Source: Thermoproteota archaeon (lineage in GTDB: Archaea; Korarchaeota; Korarchaeia; Korarchaeales; Korarchaeaceae). Taken from it: a stretch of 64,000 bases of DNA. A program made the position numbers and the translations under genes. Below are positions 51,201 to 61,173 of the stretch, one piece after another. Every line of letters starts with the position of its first letter. The stretch's first letter is position 1. The DNA lies in assembly GCA_027491415.1 (NCBI GenBank), contig JAOZFH010000063.1, positions 1 to 64,000 on the forward strand, written 5' to 3'. Under the pieces are notes generated by a model, which did not search any database, was not told the DNA's origin, and saw only the letters and a program-made list of their open reading frames with translations.

Positions 51201-51832
51201 GGGCAATGCCCAGGAGGAACGTTGAGGGGATCGAGAGGCTCGAGAAAGAGGTTCTTGACGCCATCCTCAGCGAGTACGGGTCTGCCAGAGAGAGAATGAG
51301 CGATAGGCTTAGGACGGAGTTTAGAAGGCTCGCGAGGGCCTCGGCCATAGTGATAGCCGTCTACGGGTCTGAGGAGTGGTTCGTGAAGTACGGAGGCGCG
51401 CTTGTGGCGCTCCCGGATGTGGATCCGGTGTGGACCGTACGAATAGACGGAGCGGTGCTTCCGAGGCCGGGCCCCACCTACGTCGTCCTGAGCCGGGGGC
51501 TGTATGCCGAGGGGAGGGAGTACGTGCCGTTCGACGTGCCCGGGCTGGAGCAGGTCTCCCCGGCAGAGCTGGACGCGGCCTCGTGGGAGAAATACGCCTC
51601 CGAGCACCCTGAGGCGGCCAGGCACCTGGAGACGGCGCTGAAGCTCGCCTGGGCCGCGACCCACAGGTTCAACCTGCCCGTGCTCGTGGTGAGAGGGTGG
51701 CGGCCCCCTCTAGCCTATCGGGTCCTCCTGCCTATCGACGACTTCAGGGACGAGGACGTCCTGAAGTCGCTGGAGGCGATGGAGTGGATGCTGGAGCAGC
51801 TGAAGCAGACCGGGTTCCCCCTTATGGTGTAG
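51197..51832 (+). CDS. candidate cognate immunity protein
   Basis: 4-nt overlap with the toxin stop; three paralogues follow. Confidence 0.78.
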   Translation: MRAMPRRNVEGIERLEKEVLDAILSEYGSARERMSDRLRTEFRRLARASAIVIAVYGSEEWFVKYGGALVALPDVDPVWTVRIDGAVLPRPGPTYVVLSRGLYAEGREYVPFDVPGLEQVSPAELDAASWEKYASEHPEAARHLETALKLAWAATHRFNLPVLVVRGWRPPLAYRVLLPIDDFRDEDVLKSLEAMEWMLEQLKQTGFPLMV

Positions 51833-51885
51833 GCAGACCCCTACACCTGTAAAGCCGGAGCTGGACCTCCCTATGAAAGCACGGA

Positions 51886-52080
51886 ATGTACTTTGAGGAA
51901 CGCCTAAAGATCCCGTATGGGTACGCGGTCGCAGTAAGATATGATAGGGGGAGATGGGAGATCCTCGTAGAAATAGTAATGAATCCCTATTTCCATTCAT
52001 CGACGAGGAATCTTCCCAGGACAAAGTTTGCTAGGGGAGTATTGGGCTTATATGAACAAAACAAGTGGTGGAGTAGATGA
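51886..52080 (+). pseudogene. orphan toxin C-terminal tip
   Basis: YF...IPYGYAVAVRYDRGR...VMNPY matches YF...VPYGYAVAVKYESGR...VVNPF of the toxin. Confidence 0.82.
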
Positions 52081-52703
52081 GAGGGGATCCACGAGCAGAT
52101 TCACTTCCAGAGATTGAGAAAGAGGTTCTTTCTGCTCTAATGAGTGATCGCTTCCCACTCAGAGGGGTCGACAGGGAAGATCTTATTGAGGAACTCAAGC
52201 AGCTAGCAAAGGCTGCGGCGGCCGTGATAGCGAGGTACAGATCCAAGGACTGGTTCATCCGACGGGGGAGGTACATAGTGACGCTCCCCGACGTGGACCC
52301 CGTATGGTGGGTGAACGTGGACTGGGCCACGGGAGAAGAGCCTGGACCAGCGTACGTCTGCCTGAACAGGCCAATCTATGAGCCGTCTCTCAGCCCACGC
52401 AGGCTAGAAGGACTAGAACGCCTGATCTCAGGCGATCCAACGGCGTCATTGAGGGGGGCAACTTCTGGAGGAGGTGAAGGTGTCGAGTACCTGCAGGGGA
52501 TCCTCTTGGCCTGCTGGGAGGCCACAGTCAGATCCGGTGTCCCCACCCTGCTGCTAGTGGATGGGGAAGAGCTCTCCCTAACAGTCAGGGCGATACTGCC
52601 GCTTCACGGATTCCGGGAGAAAGACGTGGCTCGCGCGGCGGAGGCCATGGAACTCACATTGAAGAGACTTAAGGAAATGGGCTTCCCACTGGCCAGGAGG
52701 TGA
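52077..52703 (+). CDS. candidate immunity paralogue 2
   Basis: EKEVL, LPDVDPVW, GP.YV, AME, GFPL. Confidence 0.8.
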   Translation: MRGDPRADSLPEIEKEVLSALMSDRFPLRGVDREDLIEELKQLAKAAAAVIARYRSKDWFIRRGRYIVTLPDVDPVWWVNVDWATGEEPGPAYVCLNRPIYEPSLSPRRLEGLERLISGDPTASLRGATSGGGEGVEYLQGILLACWEATVRSGVPTLLLVDGEELSLTVRAILPLHGFREKDVARAAEAMELTLKRLKEMGFPLARR

Positions 52704-52796
52704 GGCCAAGCCCCGGCGAGGGATGGTGGTCCCCTCAACCGTCTCGCGAGGGTGGGAGGTCGTGTTGAGGGGCCCATTCCGGTGAGGGGTGGTTGT

Positions 52797-53432
52797 GTGA
52801 GCCTTAGGGGGAAGTTCGACGGGGATGAATTGAAGGGGCTTGAGAAGGAGGTTCTCCACGCCATCCTCAGCGAGTACGGGCCAGTGAGAGACGAGGATAG
52901 GAAAAGCCTGTTGGAGGAGTTTGGCAGGCTCGCGAGGGCCTCGGCCATCGTGATAGCAGTCTACGGCTCGGAAGAGTGGTTCGTGAAGTACGGGGGGGCG
53001 CTGGTCGCGTTCCCGGACGTCGACCCGATATGGACCGTCGGCCTGGACGGGGCGACGTCGCCGAGGTCCGGTCCCTCGTACATCGCGCTGAGCAGGGGGC
53101 TCTATGCTGAGGGAGAGGAGTATGTCCCGTTCAACGTCTCCGGCTTGGAAAATGTCTCTCCCGCCGACCTAGACGCGGCCTCCTGGGAGGAGTTCTCCTC
53201 TAGGTACCCGGAGGCGGCCAGGCACCTGGAGACGGCCCTGAGGCTGGCCTGGGCCGCGACCCACAGGTTCAACGTGCCCGTGATCGTGGCGAAGTGGCGG
53301 CGCCCCCCGCTGTCCTACCGGGTCGTCCTGCCGATGTGCGACCTCGATGTCGAGGACGTCCTGATCGCGATCGACGCCATGGAGTGGATGCTGGAGCAGC
53401 TGAGGCGGACCGACTTCCCCCTGATGGTGTAA
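52797..53432 (+). CDS. candidate immunity paralogue 3
   Basis: closest to 51197..51832 (RLARASAIVIAVYGSEEWFVKYGGALVA identical). Confidence 0.82.
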   Translation: MSLRGKFDGDELKGLEKEVLHAILSEYGPVRDEDRKSLLEEFGRLARASAIVIAVYGSEEWFVKYGGALVAFPDVDPIWTVGLDGATSPRSGPSYIALSRGLYAEGEEYVPFNVSGLENVSPADLDAASWEEFSSRYPEAARHLETALRLAWAATHRFNVPVIVAKWRRPPLSYRVVLPMCDLDVEDVLIAIDAMEWMLEQLRRTDFPLMV

Positions 53433-53562
53433 CCCTCCCCTCTCCCCCCGACCGGCGCGGGCCTCTCGGAGGAGGCTGGGTTCCCCTACGAAGCGGCAGA
53501 AGTTAGAGTCAGGGAATCAAAGCGCTAGATCTTCAGTCTGGTGGGGAATTAGGCTCTACAAG

Positions 53563-54243
53563 TCACGGCCACGACTCTGAGTCCCTGATCGAGTACTCTC
53601 TATCCACGCGGTACAGGGGGAACCCCATCTCGAGAAGCCTGGCGTACACCCACTCCATGGCGTCTATCGCTCCCAAAATGTCCTCCTCATCGAATCCCCC
53701 CGGGAGTACGGCGACGTAATTCAGCGAAGCCTCAACGTCCAAGTCCCCGAACTTCAGCGTGACCAGGGTCTCGAATCGGCGGGTCGCCGCCGAGAAGACC
53801 CTCAGCGCGCCTGACAGGTATCTCGCAGCGTCCGGATACTCCTGTTCAAACTCCTCCCACGCCGATGGATCCCCCAGAAGATCCGGGGTGACTTTCTCCA
53901 TTCCCTGGATCCTGCTGTCGTTCTCCTCGAAGTCGTAGAGGGGTCTCCACAGGGAGAAGAAGAATGGCCCGTACCTCGTTGCGACCGGGCCCGACCAGAC
54001 GTACCAGACGGGGTCTGCGCCCCAGATCCGGACAAGGTCTAGCAGGCCCCTCTCCTCCACCGACCAACCGGCCGCCCCAAGCGACACTCCGGTGGTGGCC
54101 GTGACCCTCGCCAGGTCGCTGAAATAGGAGACGTTGTCGGGCTCCCTGCACTCTGGCGTGTCAAAAGTTGACTTATAGTGGCACATTTCAACAAGATTCA
54201 AGAAAAATCTCGTGTAAACTTCTAATATCTTTTCTTTCTCCAC
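53563..54243 (-). CDS. candidate immunity paralogue 4, inverted and most divergent
   Basis: EKE, DPVW.V, YPDAARYL..AL, ATRRF, IDAMEW, MGFPL. Confidence 0.78.
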   Translation of the reverse strand: MEKEKILEVYTRFFLNLVEMCHYKSTFDTPECREPDNVSYFSDLARVTATTGVSLGAAGWSVEERGLLDLVRIWGADPVWYVWSGPVATRYGPFFFSLWRPLYDFEENDSRIQGMEKVTPDLLGDPSAWEEFEQEYPDAARYLSGALRVFSAATRRFETLVTLKFGDLDVEASLNYVAVLPGGFDEEDILGAIDAMEWVYARLLEMGFPLYRVDREYSIRDSESWP

Positions 54244-54453
54244 GCCCGCCCCCCGTGCGGCCCCTCACGCGGGCTGGAGCATGGAGAGGTTGAGCTCGGG
54301 CCCTACCTCCGGAGCATCGTGGAGAGCAGGGGACTTACGGAGGTCCTCGAGCGACGGGGGGTGAAGTGGGCGGCGCGAACATCCGACGATCTTTAGGTCC
54401 GGTAGGAGTGGAGTCCTATTACGTGACCCCCTAGCCTGTGGGGCGGATGGGGG

Positions 54454-55534
54454 ATGGAGTGGAGAGGGGCCCTCCCCCCGTTGACCCTGACGGCGCTTCT
54501 GATGGTCTCCTCGGGGAGGCCCCCTGAGGCCTTCGACCTTCAGGCCCCACCTGGGGAGCTAGGCGAGTGCCCGAGCCTGAGGGAGTTCCCTCGTCCGTTC
54601 GTCAGGAACGGGACGGTGGACTACGACTGGGACGGCTCCCCAGACGTCGCCATAGTCGTGGGCACCCACGGCGGCTCTTGGGTGGCGCCGGAGGACCTGA
54701 AGGCCGCCGTGCTCCTGGGCGCGAAGGTCGGGTCGCACCTCTACCTCGCGCGCCTCTGGGACTCTTACGCGAACCTCACGGGCGAGTGGAGGGGGACCAG
54801 GCTGCTCGACCCCCGGAACGGGGACGCGACTCCCCCGGGAGAGGTGGACCTGATCTACGAGGGCGAGGACGTCTTCAGCTTCGTCAGGGCGCCGTTGGTC
54901 TGGTCAGACATCGAGATACTCGATGAGAACTACGAGCCCACTCAGGCGGCCCGGGAGCTGGGCCTGCTGGACAGGGATCTCATACTGGTGGGAGGGCCCG
55001 GAGCGAACCGGCTCGTGGACTACCTGAACGACTCCGGCCTCCTGTGGATCCCCTTCGCGGGACCGGCCCTACGACTCGGGGCTCCGCGGGGGGAACGGTG
55101 GAAGCGGGAGATGCGTGAATCCCGACCGCCTGGTCAAGCTCATACCCCAGCTGGCATACGGCCACGTGAGGGGGATGGGGGTGATCCAGTACGCCAGGGG
55201 AGATCCATGGGGGGAGAGGGAGAGCCGCATACTCGTGGTGGCCGGAGACAACGGGTACGGCACCCTCATGGCGGCCGTCGCCCTGGCGGACCCCACTAGG
55301 ATAGTCAGGGTGCCCGAGGACTCTGCGGTGGCGTTCTACGACCCGTCGAGGATCTGTGGCGGTGAGTTTCCCGCCGTCGTCGTGGCCAGCGTCGTCGAAG
55401 TGTCAGAGGGCCCAGGTCCGTGCTCGCCTCCCAAGGCCGCGCCGCCCCTGAGCCGGATCCCGGTCGTCGTGATCCTGTGGCCCTGGCCAGCTGAGGCGGT
55501 TCCCGTGGGCCGGCCCTGCGCCGGCGGGGGGTGA
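54454..55534 (+). pseudogene. short S-layer-protein-like gene (S_layer_N/C motifs), frameshifted near 55050-55110
   Basis: IVVG...EDLKAA, LILVGGPGAN, then LVVAGDNGYGT in the next frame. Confidence 0.72.
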
Positions 55535-55629
55535 GCCGTGGACAAGCCGAGGTCACCTCGCGTCGGCTGGGCCTACCCCGCGGTATGGTATCAACTTATT
55601 ATATCAGATATCTTTCAATGATATAGAAG

Positions 55630-55845
55630 ATGCAGGTGCTCGTCAGACTCGACGAGGAGACGGGCAGGCTCTTGGACAGGGTAGCCCGAAGCCTCGGAGT
55701 CTCCAGGGCCGAGGTCGTGAGGAGGGCCCTCAGGCTGTACCTGGCCAGGGGGAGGGGGAGGATGACCAAGAGGATGAGGGGGATAGTCAGGCCTAAGCTC
55801 TCGCTCGAAGAGCTGGAGGAGCTCTACTGGGAGGGCGCCCGTTGA
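55630..55845 (+). CDS. vapB: CopG/RHH antitoxin
   Basis: VRLDEE...LGVSRAEVVRRAL. Confidence 0.9.
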   Translation: MQVLVRLDEETGRLLDRVARSLGVSRAEVVRRALRLYLARGRGRMTKRMRGIVRPKLSLEELEELYWEGAR

Positions 55846-56309
55846 GGATCTTCCTGGACTCCTCGGTCTTCCTGCACCTCCTGCTAGACGGACCCAGGGC
55901 AGACGAGGCCGAGGAGATCCTGAGCGCTGTGGAGGAGGGAGAGGAGGAGGCTGGCGTCACGGTGATGGTCGTGGAGGAGGTGGCCTACAAGCTCCTGGTG
56001 GCCAAGGCCTCGGAGCTCGGGGTTGCTGGACCCCTGGAGCTGAGGAGGAGGCTGCTCAGGGACGGGGAGCTCAGGGAGAGGTGCCTCGAGCCGGTCGAGG
56101 AGTTCAGTCGCTACCTGAGGGGCATGGGCGGGCTCTCGTGGGTGAGGATTCTCCCGGTCGACTGGGAGGCCGCGCTGGACCTGGTGCGGAGGGCGGGCCT
56201 GCTCCCAGCGGACGCCGTGCACGCGTCGGTGAGCCTCAGGCTCGGGCTCAAGATGGCGACGTTCGACTCTGACTTCAGGAGGGTGCCCGGGCTCGAGGTC
56301 ATCCCCTGA
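55842..56309 (+). CDS. vapC: PIN-domain VapC toxin
   Basis: FLDSSVFL...VVEEV...PADAVH...TFDSDF. Confidence 0.93.
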   Translation: MRIFLDSSVFLHLLLDGPRADEAEEILSAVEEGEEEAGVTVMVVEEVAYKLLVAKASELGVAGPLELRRRLLRDGELRERCLEPVEEFSRYLRGMGGLSWVRILPVDWEAALDLVRRAGLLPADAVHASVSLRLGLKMATFDSDFRRVPGLEVIP

Positions 56310-56424
56310 GGGGCTGTGGTGGGCGGAGGAAGTCGCGGGTGGGGCCTCCGTCGCCGCGAAGCGGGGTTCCGGTCGCCCACTGAGTTCAGCGTGGGGCTTC
56401 GTGGAACCAGGCCACTCCTGGGGC

Positions 56425-56895
56425 TTACCTCGTCAGCTCCCTGTGACTGACGAGTTTGCGGTGATTGAATCCCCTCCTCCTCAAGAACTCCTTGAATCGG
56501 CCGTCGAGGGTGAGGGCCGGCGCGTCGAGCCTCTCGGCAGTCGCGTAGAGGGCCGCGTCGTACAGGTCGCTCCACCCGGCGGAGATCACGCGATACGCGA
56601 TCTCCAGATCTTCGTCTGTTGGGGGGACCAGCTCCACCAGCGCCCCGTGGACCACGGAGTTGAACCCGTCGAGGGCCGCCCTGGGCAGTCTGTCCATCCC
56701 CCTCTCCCTGCCCACCTTGTAAAGCACGCCCTCGAGCTCAGCCAGCATCAACGCCGGGTAGAGGGGCCGGTGGGACCTGAGGATCACGTCCAGGCGAGTC
56801 GGCCCCACCCCCACCCTTATGCCGAGGTAGGGGAGGAGGTACGTCGTGTCCAGCAGGAGCTCACCCGATCGCCCCCCTCGAGAGATCCTCGCCAA
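56425..56895 (-). CDS. vapC: PIN-domain VapC toxin
   Basis: LLDTTYLLP...LAE...DLYDAALYATA...LTLD; start uncertain. Confidence 0.88.
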   Translation of the reverse strand: MARISRGGRSGELLLDTTYLLPYLGIRVGVGPTRLDVILRSHRPLYPALMLAELEGVLYKVGRERGMDRLPRAALDGFNSVVHGALVELVPPTDEDLEIAYRVISAGWSDLYDAALYATAERLDAPALTLDGRFKEFLRRRGFNHRKLVSHRELTR

Positions 56896-57097
56896 ACTCC
56901 TCGACCTCCTCCGGACCGACCTCCGCCCAGTACTCTCCGGGCTTGGGCCTCTTCACCGGCCTGAGCCTGATCTCCCCATCCCTCACCTCAATGGCGACGA
57001 GGTCTCCCTCCTCAATCCCGAGAGCCTCGACAACCCTCTTGGGAATGTACAGGGCGTACCTCCTCCCGACCCGAATGGTCGTAGTCGTCTGATTCAT
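56861..57097 (-). CDS. vapB: AbrB-type VapB antitoxin
   Basis: VGRRYALYIPKRVVEALGIEEGD; start reassigned. Confidence 0.9.
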   Translation of the reverse strand: MNQTTTTIRVGRRYALYIPKRVVEALGIEEGDLVAIEVRDGEIRLRPVKRPKPGEYWAEVGPEEVEEFGEDLSRGAIG

Positions 57098-57171
57098 CGG
57101 ATAATTCCGAGCGATCTGACCCCTTAAGGTTTCCGTGGCCCGCGGCGGAGGCGCGAACCGATTCCGCGGGC

Positions 57172-57762
57172 TCAGGGGTCCAGATCCAACAGCAGCCTGG
57201 CGGCCTCGGCGGCCGACGAGACGTTCCTGTCCCCCCGGGCCTTCTCGCCCACGATCACCGTGAACACCCCCAGCCTCCTGCCGGCCTCGGCGTCCCAGGG
57301 CATGTCCCCCACCAAGGCGGTCTCCCCCGGCTTCGCTCCGACCTCGCGCATGGCCGCAGCCAGCTGGACGTCCCTCGACATTCCGTCCTCCCTGGTCACG
57401 ACGACGTCGAACAGGTCCCTGACACCGAGGCCCTCCAGGGCGGTGAGGGCGGGCCTCCTGGCCTGCAGCGTCACCAGGGCTATCTTGACGCCCTTGGACC
57501 TCAGCGCCTCCAGGGCGCTCCTGAGCTCCGGATCCGGCCTCGCCTGCCTGGCCGCCTCGAGCTCGGCCTCCTCCACGATCCTGAAGGCTTCCTCCTCCAG
57601 CTCCCTGTCCCCCCTGGCCGCGACGGGTATGCTCGGGCCGAGGGGCTTGAGCGGGTGGTCCGTGCCCATGAACTCCCTGACCCTCGCGCGCAGGGCGTCC
57701 CAGTCTATTGGAAGGTTTGCCAGGGTCCCGTCCAGGTCGAACGCGACGAGCTTGAGGCCCAC
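57172..57762 (-). CDS. HAD-superfamily hydrolase
   Basis: FDLDGTL, LVT, VGD...D. Confidence 0.92.
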   Translation of the reverse strand: MGLKLVAFDLDGTLANLPIDWDALRARVREFMGTDHPLKPLGPSIPVAARGDRELEEEAFRIVEEAELEAARQARPDPELRSALEALRSKGVKIALVTLQARRPALTALEGLGVRDLFDVVVTREDGMSRDVQLAAAMREVGAKPGETALVGDMPWDAEAGRRLGVFTVIVGEKARGDRNVSSAAEAARLLLDLDP

Positions 57763-57850
57763 GGGCCTGATGCGCCGGGGGATCGATATATAGCTCGGGG
57801 GCGGGGTGGGTGGAAAGGGTTATATCGCCGCCCCACAAGCTATCCGGCGG

Positions 57851-57928
57851 AGCCCCGTGGTGTAGCCAGGTCAAGCACGCCGGGCTCTGGACCCGGCGAC
57901 CCCGGTTCGAATCCGGGCGGGGCTACCA
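57851..57928 (+). tRNA. tRNA-Gln (CTG)
   Basis: A1-U72, loop CTCTGGA, CCA. Confidence 0.96.
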
Positions 57929-58047
57929 CTCCCCTCCTCATTTTCGGCTGGCGGCGCGCAGACCCCTGACCCTGGGTTCGCCCCCTCCGGTCCGCCTCAG
58001 AGGTTGAAGCGATGCGTTAATTTCGAAGGGGGCTCCCTGGCCGCGCC

Positions 58048-58548
58048 GTGGACGGGGAGGCTCTGCTCCACGCGTCGCTCGGTCTGATCGCGTGGCCAGC
58101 CCTCATACCGCCGATGAGCGCGCTGGTCGAGTCCGGCCACCTCGCCTACTCGTTCCTCCTGACCCTCGCGGTGCCGACGGGCGTGGCCTATCTCCACTTC
58201 AGGCTGGAGCGGAGGCTCGATCCAGAGCGCAGGCTGAGGCTGGCCAGGCTTCTGCTCGCGGGGCTACTGGCCGGCTCCCTCGCGTCGGCGGCCCTGGCGG
58301 GGGCCCTGCTGTGGAGGGTCAGCCCCGCGAGGGTCGCCGAGCTCACCGTCTCCGCCGGCCTGGGGGTCGTGTTCAGCCTGAACTTCTGGAGCGGCGCGTT
58401 CCTCGTCGCCTCCCTGCTCTGCGCGATTGTCACTTCCTCCAGGGCTGAGGTTCCGAGGCCCGTAGAGGCGGCCGCCCACTTCGCCGCCCTCACGGCGTCG
58501 GGAGGGTCGGCCATCCTGCTGGCCTACCTCCTCGCAGCCGGCCACTAA
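58048..58548 (+). CDS. hypothetical multi-TM protein
   Basis: about five hydrophobic segments. Confidence 0.6.
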   Translation: MDGEALLHASLGLIAWPALIPPMSALVESGHLAYSFLLTLAVPTGVAYLHFRLERRLDPERRLRLARLLLAGLLAGSLASAALAGALLWRVSPARVAELTVSAGLGVVFSLNFWSGAFLVASLLCAIVTSSRAEVPRPVEAAAHFAALTASGGSAILLAYLLAAGH

Positions 58549-58582
58549 GGTAGGTGAATTCGATTCCACCCAGCTTTATATA

Positions 58583-59983
58583 ATGTGGGTGGAACATAAT
58601 CCACCTATGATGACCGTGGAGGGGTTCGTGGCCAACAGACTGGCCGCGGCCCCCGGAGAGTGGAGGAGGCTCGTCGGTGGTAAGTTCAGGAGGTGGATCT
58701 TCTACAGGCTCAGGTCGATCCTCAGGAGATTCCTCGCTGGCGGAAAGACTAGGCTTGTCATAGTGCCGGGGCTGAGGGGGGTCGGGAAGAGCACGGTCCT
58801 GTGGCAGATCTACGGGGCCCTGCTGGAGGAGGGGATGGACCCCGGCAGGGTTCTCCATCTCCCCGTCGATCAGATGCTCGCCTACACGGGTAGCGACAGC
58901 GTGCTTGAAGCCTACGAGGCCTTCTCCCTGCACTCCAGGGGCAGGCGGGTCATGCTCGTCGATGAGATAACCTACTCCGGCAGGTGGCCCCTCGAGCTGA
59001 AGGTGCTCTACGATAGAGATCCGGACATGGCCTTTGTCGTGGTCGGCTCGTCCTCCCTCCACCTCAGGGTGGCGGAGAGCGCGGATCTGGCCAGGAGAGC
59101 GGTCGTTGAGCCACTCTTCCCCATGAGCTTTGGTGAGTACCTCGGCGTGAGGGGGTCCCTGGGTCCCGTCAGGGTGGCCAGAGACCTAGAGGAGGCCGTC
59201 TACTCGCTGCCGCCCGGGGAGGCGCTGGAGAAGCTCAGGAAGGTGGAGGAGGACGTTATCTCTGACAGCAGGGGCTTCAAGCCAGATAGGGATCTGAGGG
59301 AATTCCTCGAGATCGGCGGCCTCCCGTTCTCGGCCCTGGCGGACGACAGGCTGGTAGCCTGGAGGGAGGTGGTGGACACCGTCCAGAGGGCGGTGGATGT
59401 GGACCTCCGGGGAGTCAGCTCCTTCGACCAGGAGACGGTGGTCAAGGCGAAGAGGCTAGTCTACTCCCTCGCTCTGTCTCAGGGGGCCGCCGTTAACCTG
59501 GCCAGGCTGGCCGGGGAGATAGGGATGGACAAGAAGACTCTGCTGAAGGTCGTGGACGCGCTCGAGAAGTGTGAGCTCATCTTCAGGGTCCGCCCCGCCG
59601 GAGAGCGAGCCGCCAGTGTCAGGGTCCACAAGGCGTACTTCGCCACCCCTACCCTCAGGGTGGCGATCAGGAGGGAGGCCGGGTTTAAGACGGACAGCCT
59701 GGGGCTGCTGGCTGAGGAGGCCGTTGCCGCCTCCCTGAGGAAGGCCGCCTTCCTTGGGAGGGGGGGCTTCGGAGGAGTCGGGTACCTGCCGACCGACGGG
59801 GGGGTCGACTTCGTCCTAGAGGGCATGGGCGGGCGGAGGGTGCTCGTCGAGGTCGGGGTCGGGAGGAAGGAGAGGGGGGCCGTGTCGCGGGCTCGGGGGA
59901 GGGGGATAGTGGTCCACGGAGGGGGGTTAAGGCTTGAGGGAGACGTGCTCTTCGTTCCTCTCTGGCTCTTCCTGCTGGTATGA
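58583..59983 (+). CDS. AAA_14-type ATPase with DUF4143-like tail
   Basis: GLRGVGKST, LVDEI, GSSS, PMSFGEY, VDF...VEVG. Confidence 0.9.
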   Translation: MWVEHNPPMMTVEGFVANRLAAAPGEWRRLVGGKFRRWIFYRLRSILRRFLAGGKTRLVIVPGLRGVGKSTVLWQIYGALLEEGMDPGRVLHLPVDQMLAYTGSDSVLEAYEAFSLHSRGRRVMLVDEITYSGRWPLELKVLYDRDPDMAFVVVGSSSLHLRVAESADLARRAVVEPLFPMSFGEYLGVRGSLGPVRVARDLEEAVYSLPPGEALEKLRKVEEDVISDSRGFKPDRDLREFLEIGGLPFSALADDRLVAWREVVDTVQRAVDVDLRGVSSFDQETVVKAKRLVYSLALSQGAAVNLARLAGEIGMDKKTLLKVVDALEKCELIFRVRPAGERAASVRVHKAYFATPTLRVAIRREAGFKTDSLGLLAEEAVAASLRKAAFLGRGGFGGVGYLPTDGGVDFVLEGMGGRRVLVEVGVGRKERGAVSRARGRGIVVHGGGLRLEGDVLFVPLWLFLLV

Positions 59984-60084
59984 CCGAGCAGAGGAAAAGT
60001 TCTGCCTAGAATACTGCTAGTGGTTCGACTTGTGCTTACAATCCAAATTTTAGTTATTTAGGTTTGATTGTGAGTAATTTAAGA

Positions 60085-61173
60085 CTATATCCATTTTTCT
60101 AATGTTTCAAATTTTACTTCTGTTTTCTCCTCTTTTAAGATTTTTCCGAATTTTTCTTTGGCGTATTTTCTCGTAAAGTAATCGAGAGGATCCTTAACTC
60201 TCAGGGGTTTCCAATAGATTACATAGTATTCCTTGCCATCTCGGGAAAGTTCGTCTGCTAGTTTTAATTTTACTAACAATCTTAGTATCTTTCTCAAAAG
60301 AGACTTGCTAAATTGTGGGATCTTACGCCCATCGTGGGAAGAAATAAAGAAATTTTCCGCAAGCTTCTGATATAACTCATCGAAGCTAAATTCGATTCTG
60401 ATCTTGCCTTCATTGCGCATTCTAAGCAGACTATCGTCGCTCAATATGTCATACGATTTGGGCAAAACTTTCAAATAGAACTGTACCAACACAAAGGGGA
60501 TCAAATAATCTTCAACTTCTTCCTCTAGTAGGAATATTTCATTCATGCGCTGGTGAAGAACTGGAAGTTCAACCGAGAAAGTGCTTTGGAGTTTACGCTG
60601 AAATTCTTTAAAGGCCGAACCTTTAAACTGGCCATAAGATAGTGAGAGTACGAGCATCTCTCCTTCAATTCCTCTGTCGCTTCGCCTTTTATGTAAAAAA
60701 TAGTTTATGATTGAAAGCCCGTGTGTGAGCTGATTTTTTATCCCTTCTAGCATTTCAATCAATAATGCTTGAAACTTATGGAGCCCGCCCTGAATCAGGA
60801 GAAATAATTGATAATTAGTTAACCAACCCTCCCTAATATCCCTATCATATTTTTCAAGCTGTCCGATTATCTTACTTACAATGCGATCATTTTCCAGCTC
60901 ACTCAAACCCTCAGGATTAGGCAAAGATGATTTGAGTTCTCCGACTGCATATTCTCCACGTATATGGATAAGTAAATCCGGAGTTACCCGCTTATCTTGG
61001 TCAGTCCGTAACTTAGGACGAAGAAAGCACTCCCCTCCACATTCCCGCGCCAGTATCATAAGGGAAATCGTGGCCCACAGACTCTTAACATAATCATCTA
61101 TTCTCATTTTCGATCTTTTTATGAATTCTTCAACTTTTCTTAGAGTTTCACTGCCATTATCCGGGTTGCCCAT
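60085..61173 (-). CDS. AT-rich hypothetical protein with PD-(D/E)xK-like N-terminal domain
   Basis: TPDLLI...GELKSS...QLEKY; possible winged-helix C-terminus. Confidence 0.75.
   Translation of the reverse strand: MGNPDNGSETLRKVEEFIKRSKMRIDDYVKSLWATISLMILARECGGECFLRPKLRTDQDKRVTPDLLIHIRGEYAVGELKSSLPNPEGLSELENDRIVSKIIGQLEKYDRDIREGWLTNYQLFLLIQGGLHKFQALLIEMLEGIKNQLTHGLSIINYFLHKRRSDRGIEGEMLVLSLSYGQFKGSAFKEFQRKLQSTFSVELPVLHQRMNEIFLLEEEVEDYLIPFVLVQFYLKVLPKSYDILSDDSLLRMRNEGKIRIEFSFDELYQKLAENFFISSHDGRKIPQFSKSLLRKILRLLVKLKLADELSRDGKEYYVIYWKPLRVKDPLDYFTRKYAKEKFGKILKEEKTEVKFETLEKWI

Noticed and set aside
55045-55100. hairpin at the S-layer-like frameshift as a second BHB intron
   Set aside because: the bulge would be 4 nt, and removing 27 nt would not fix the frame
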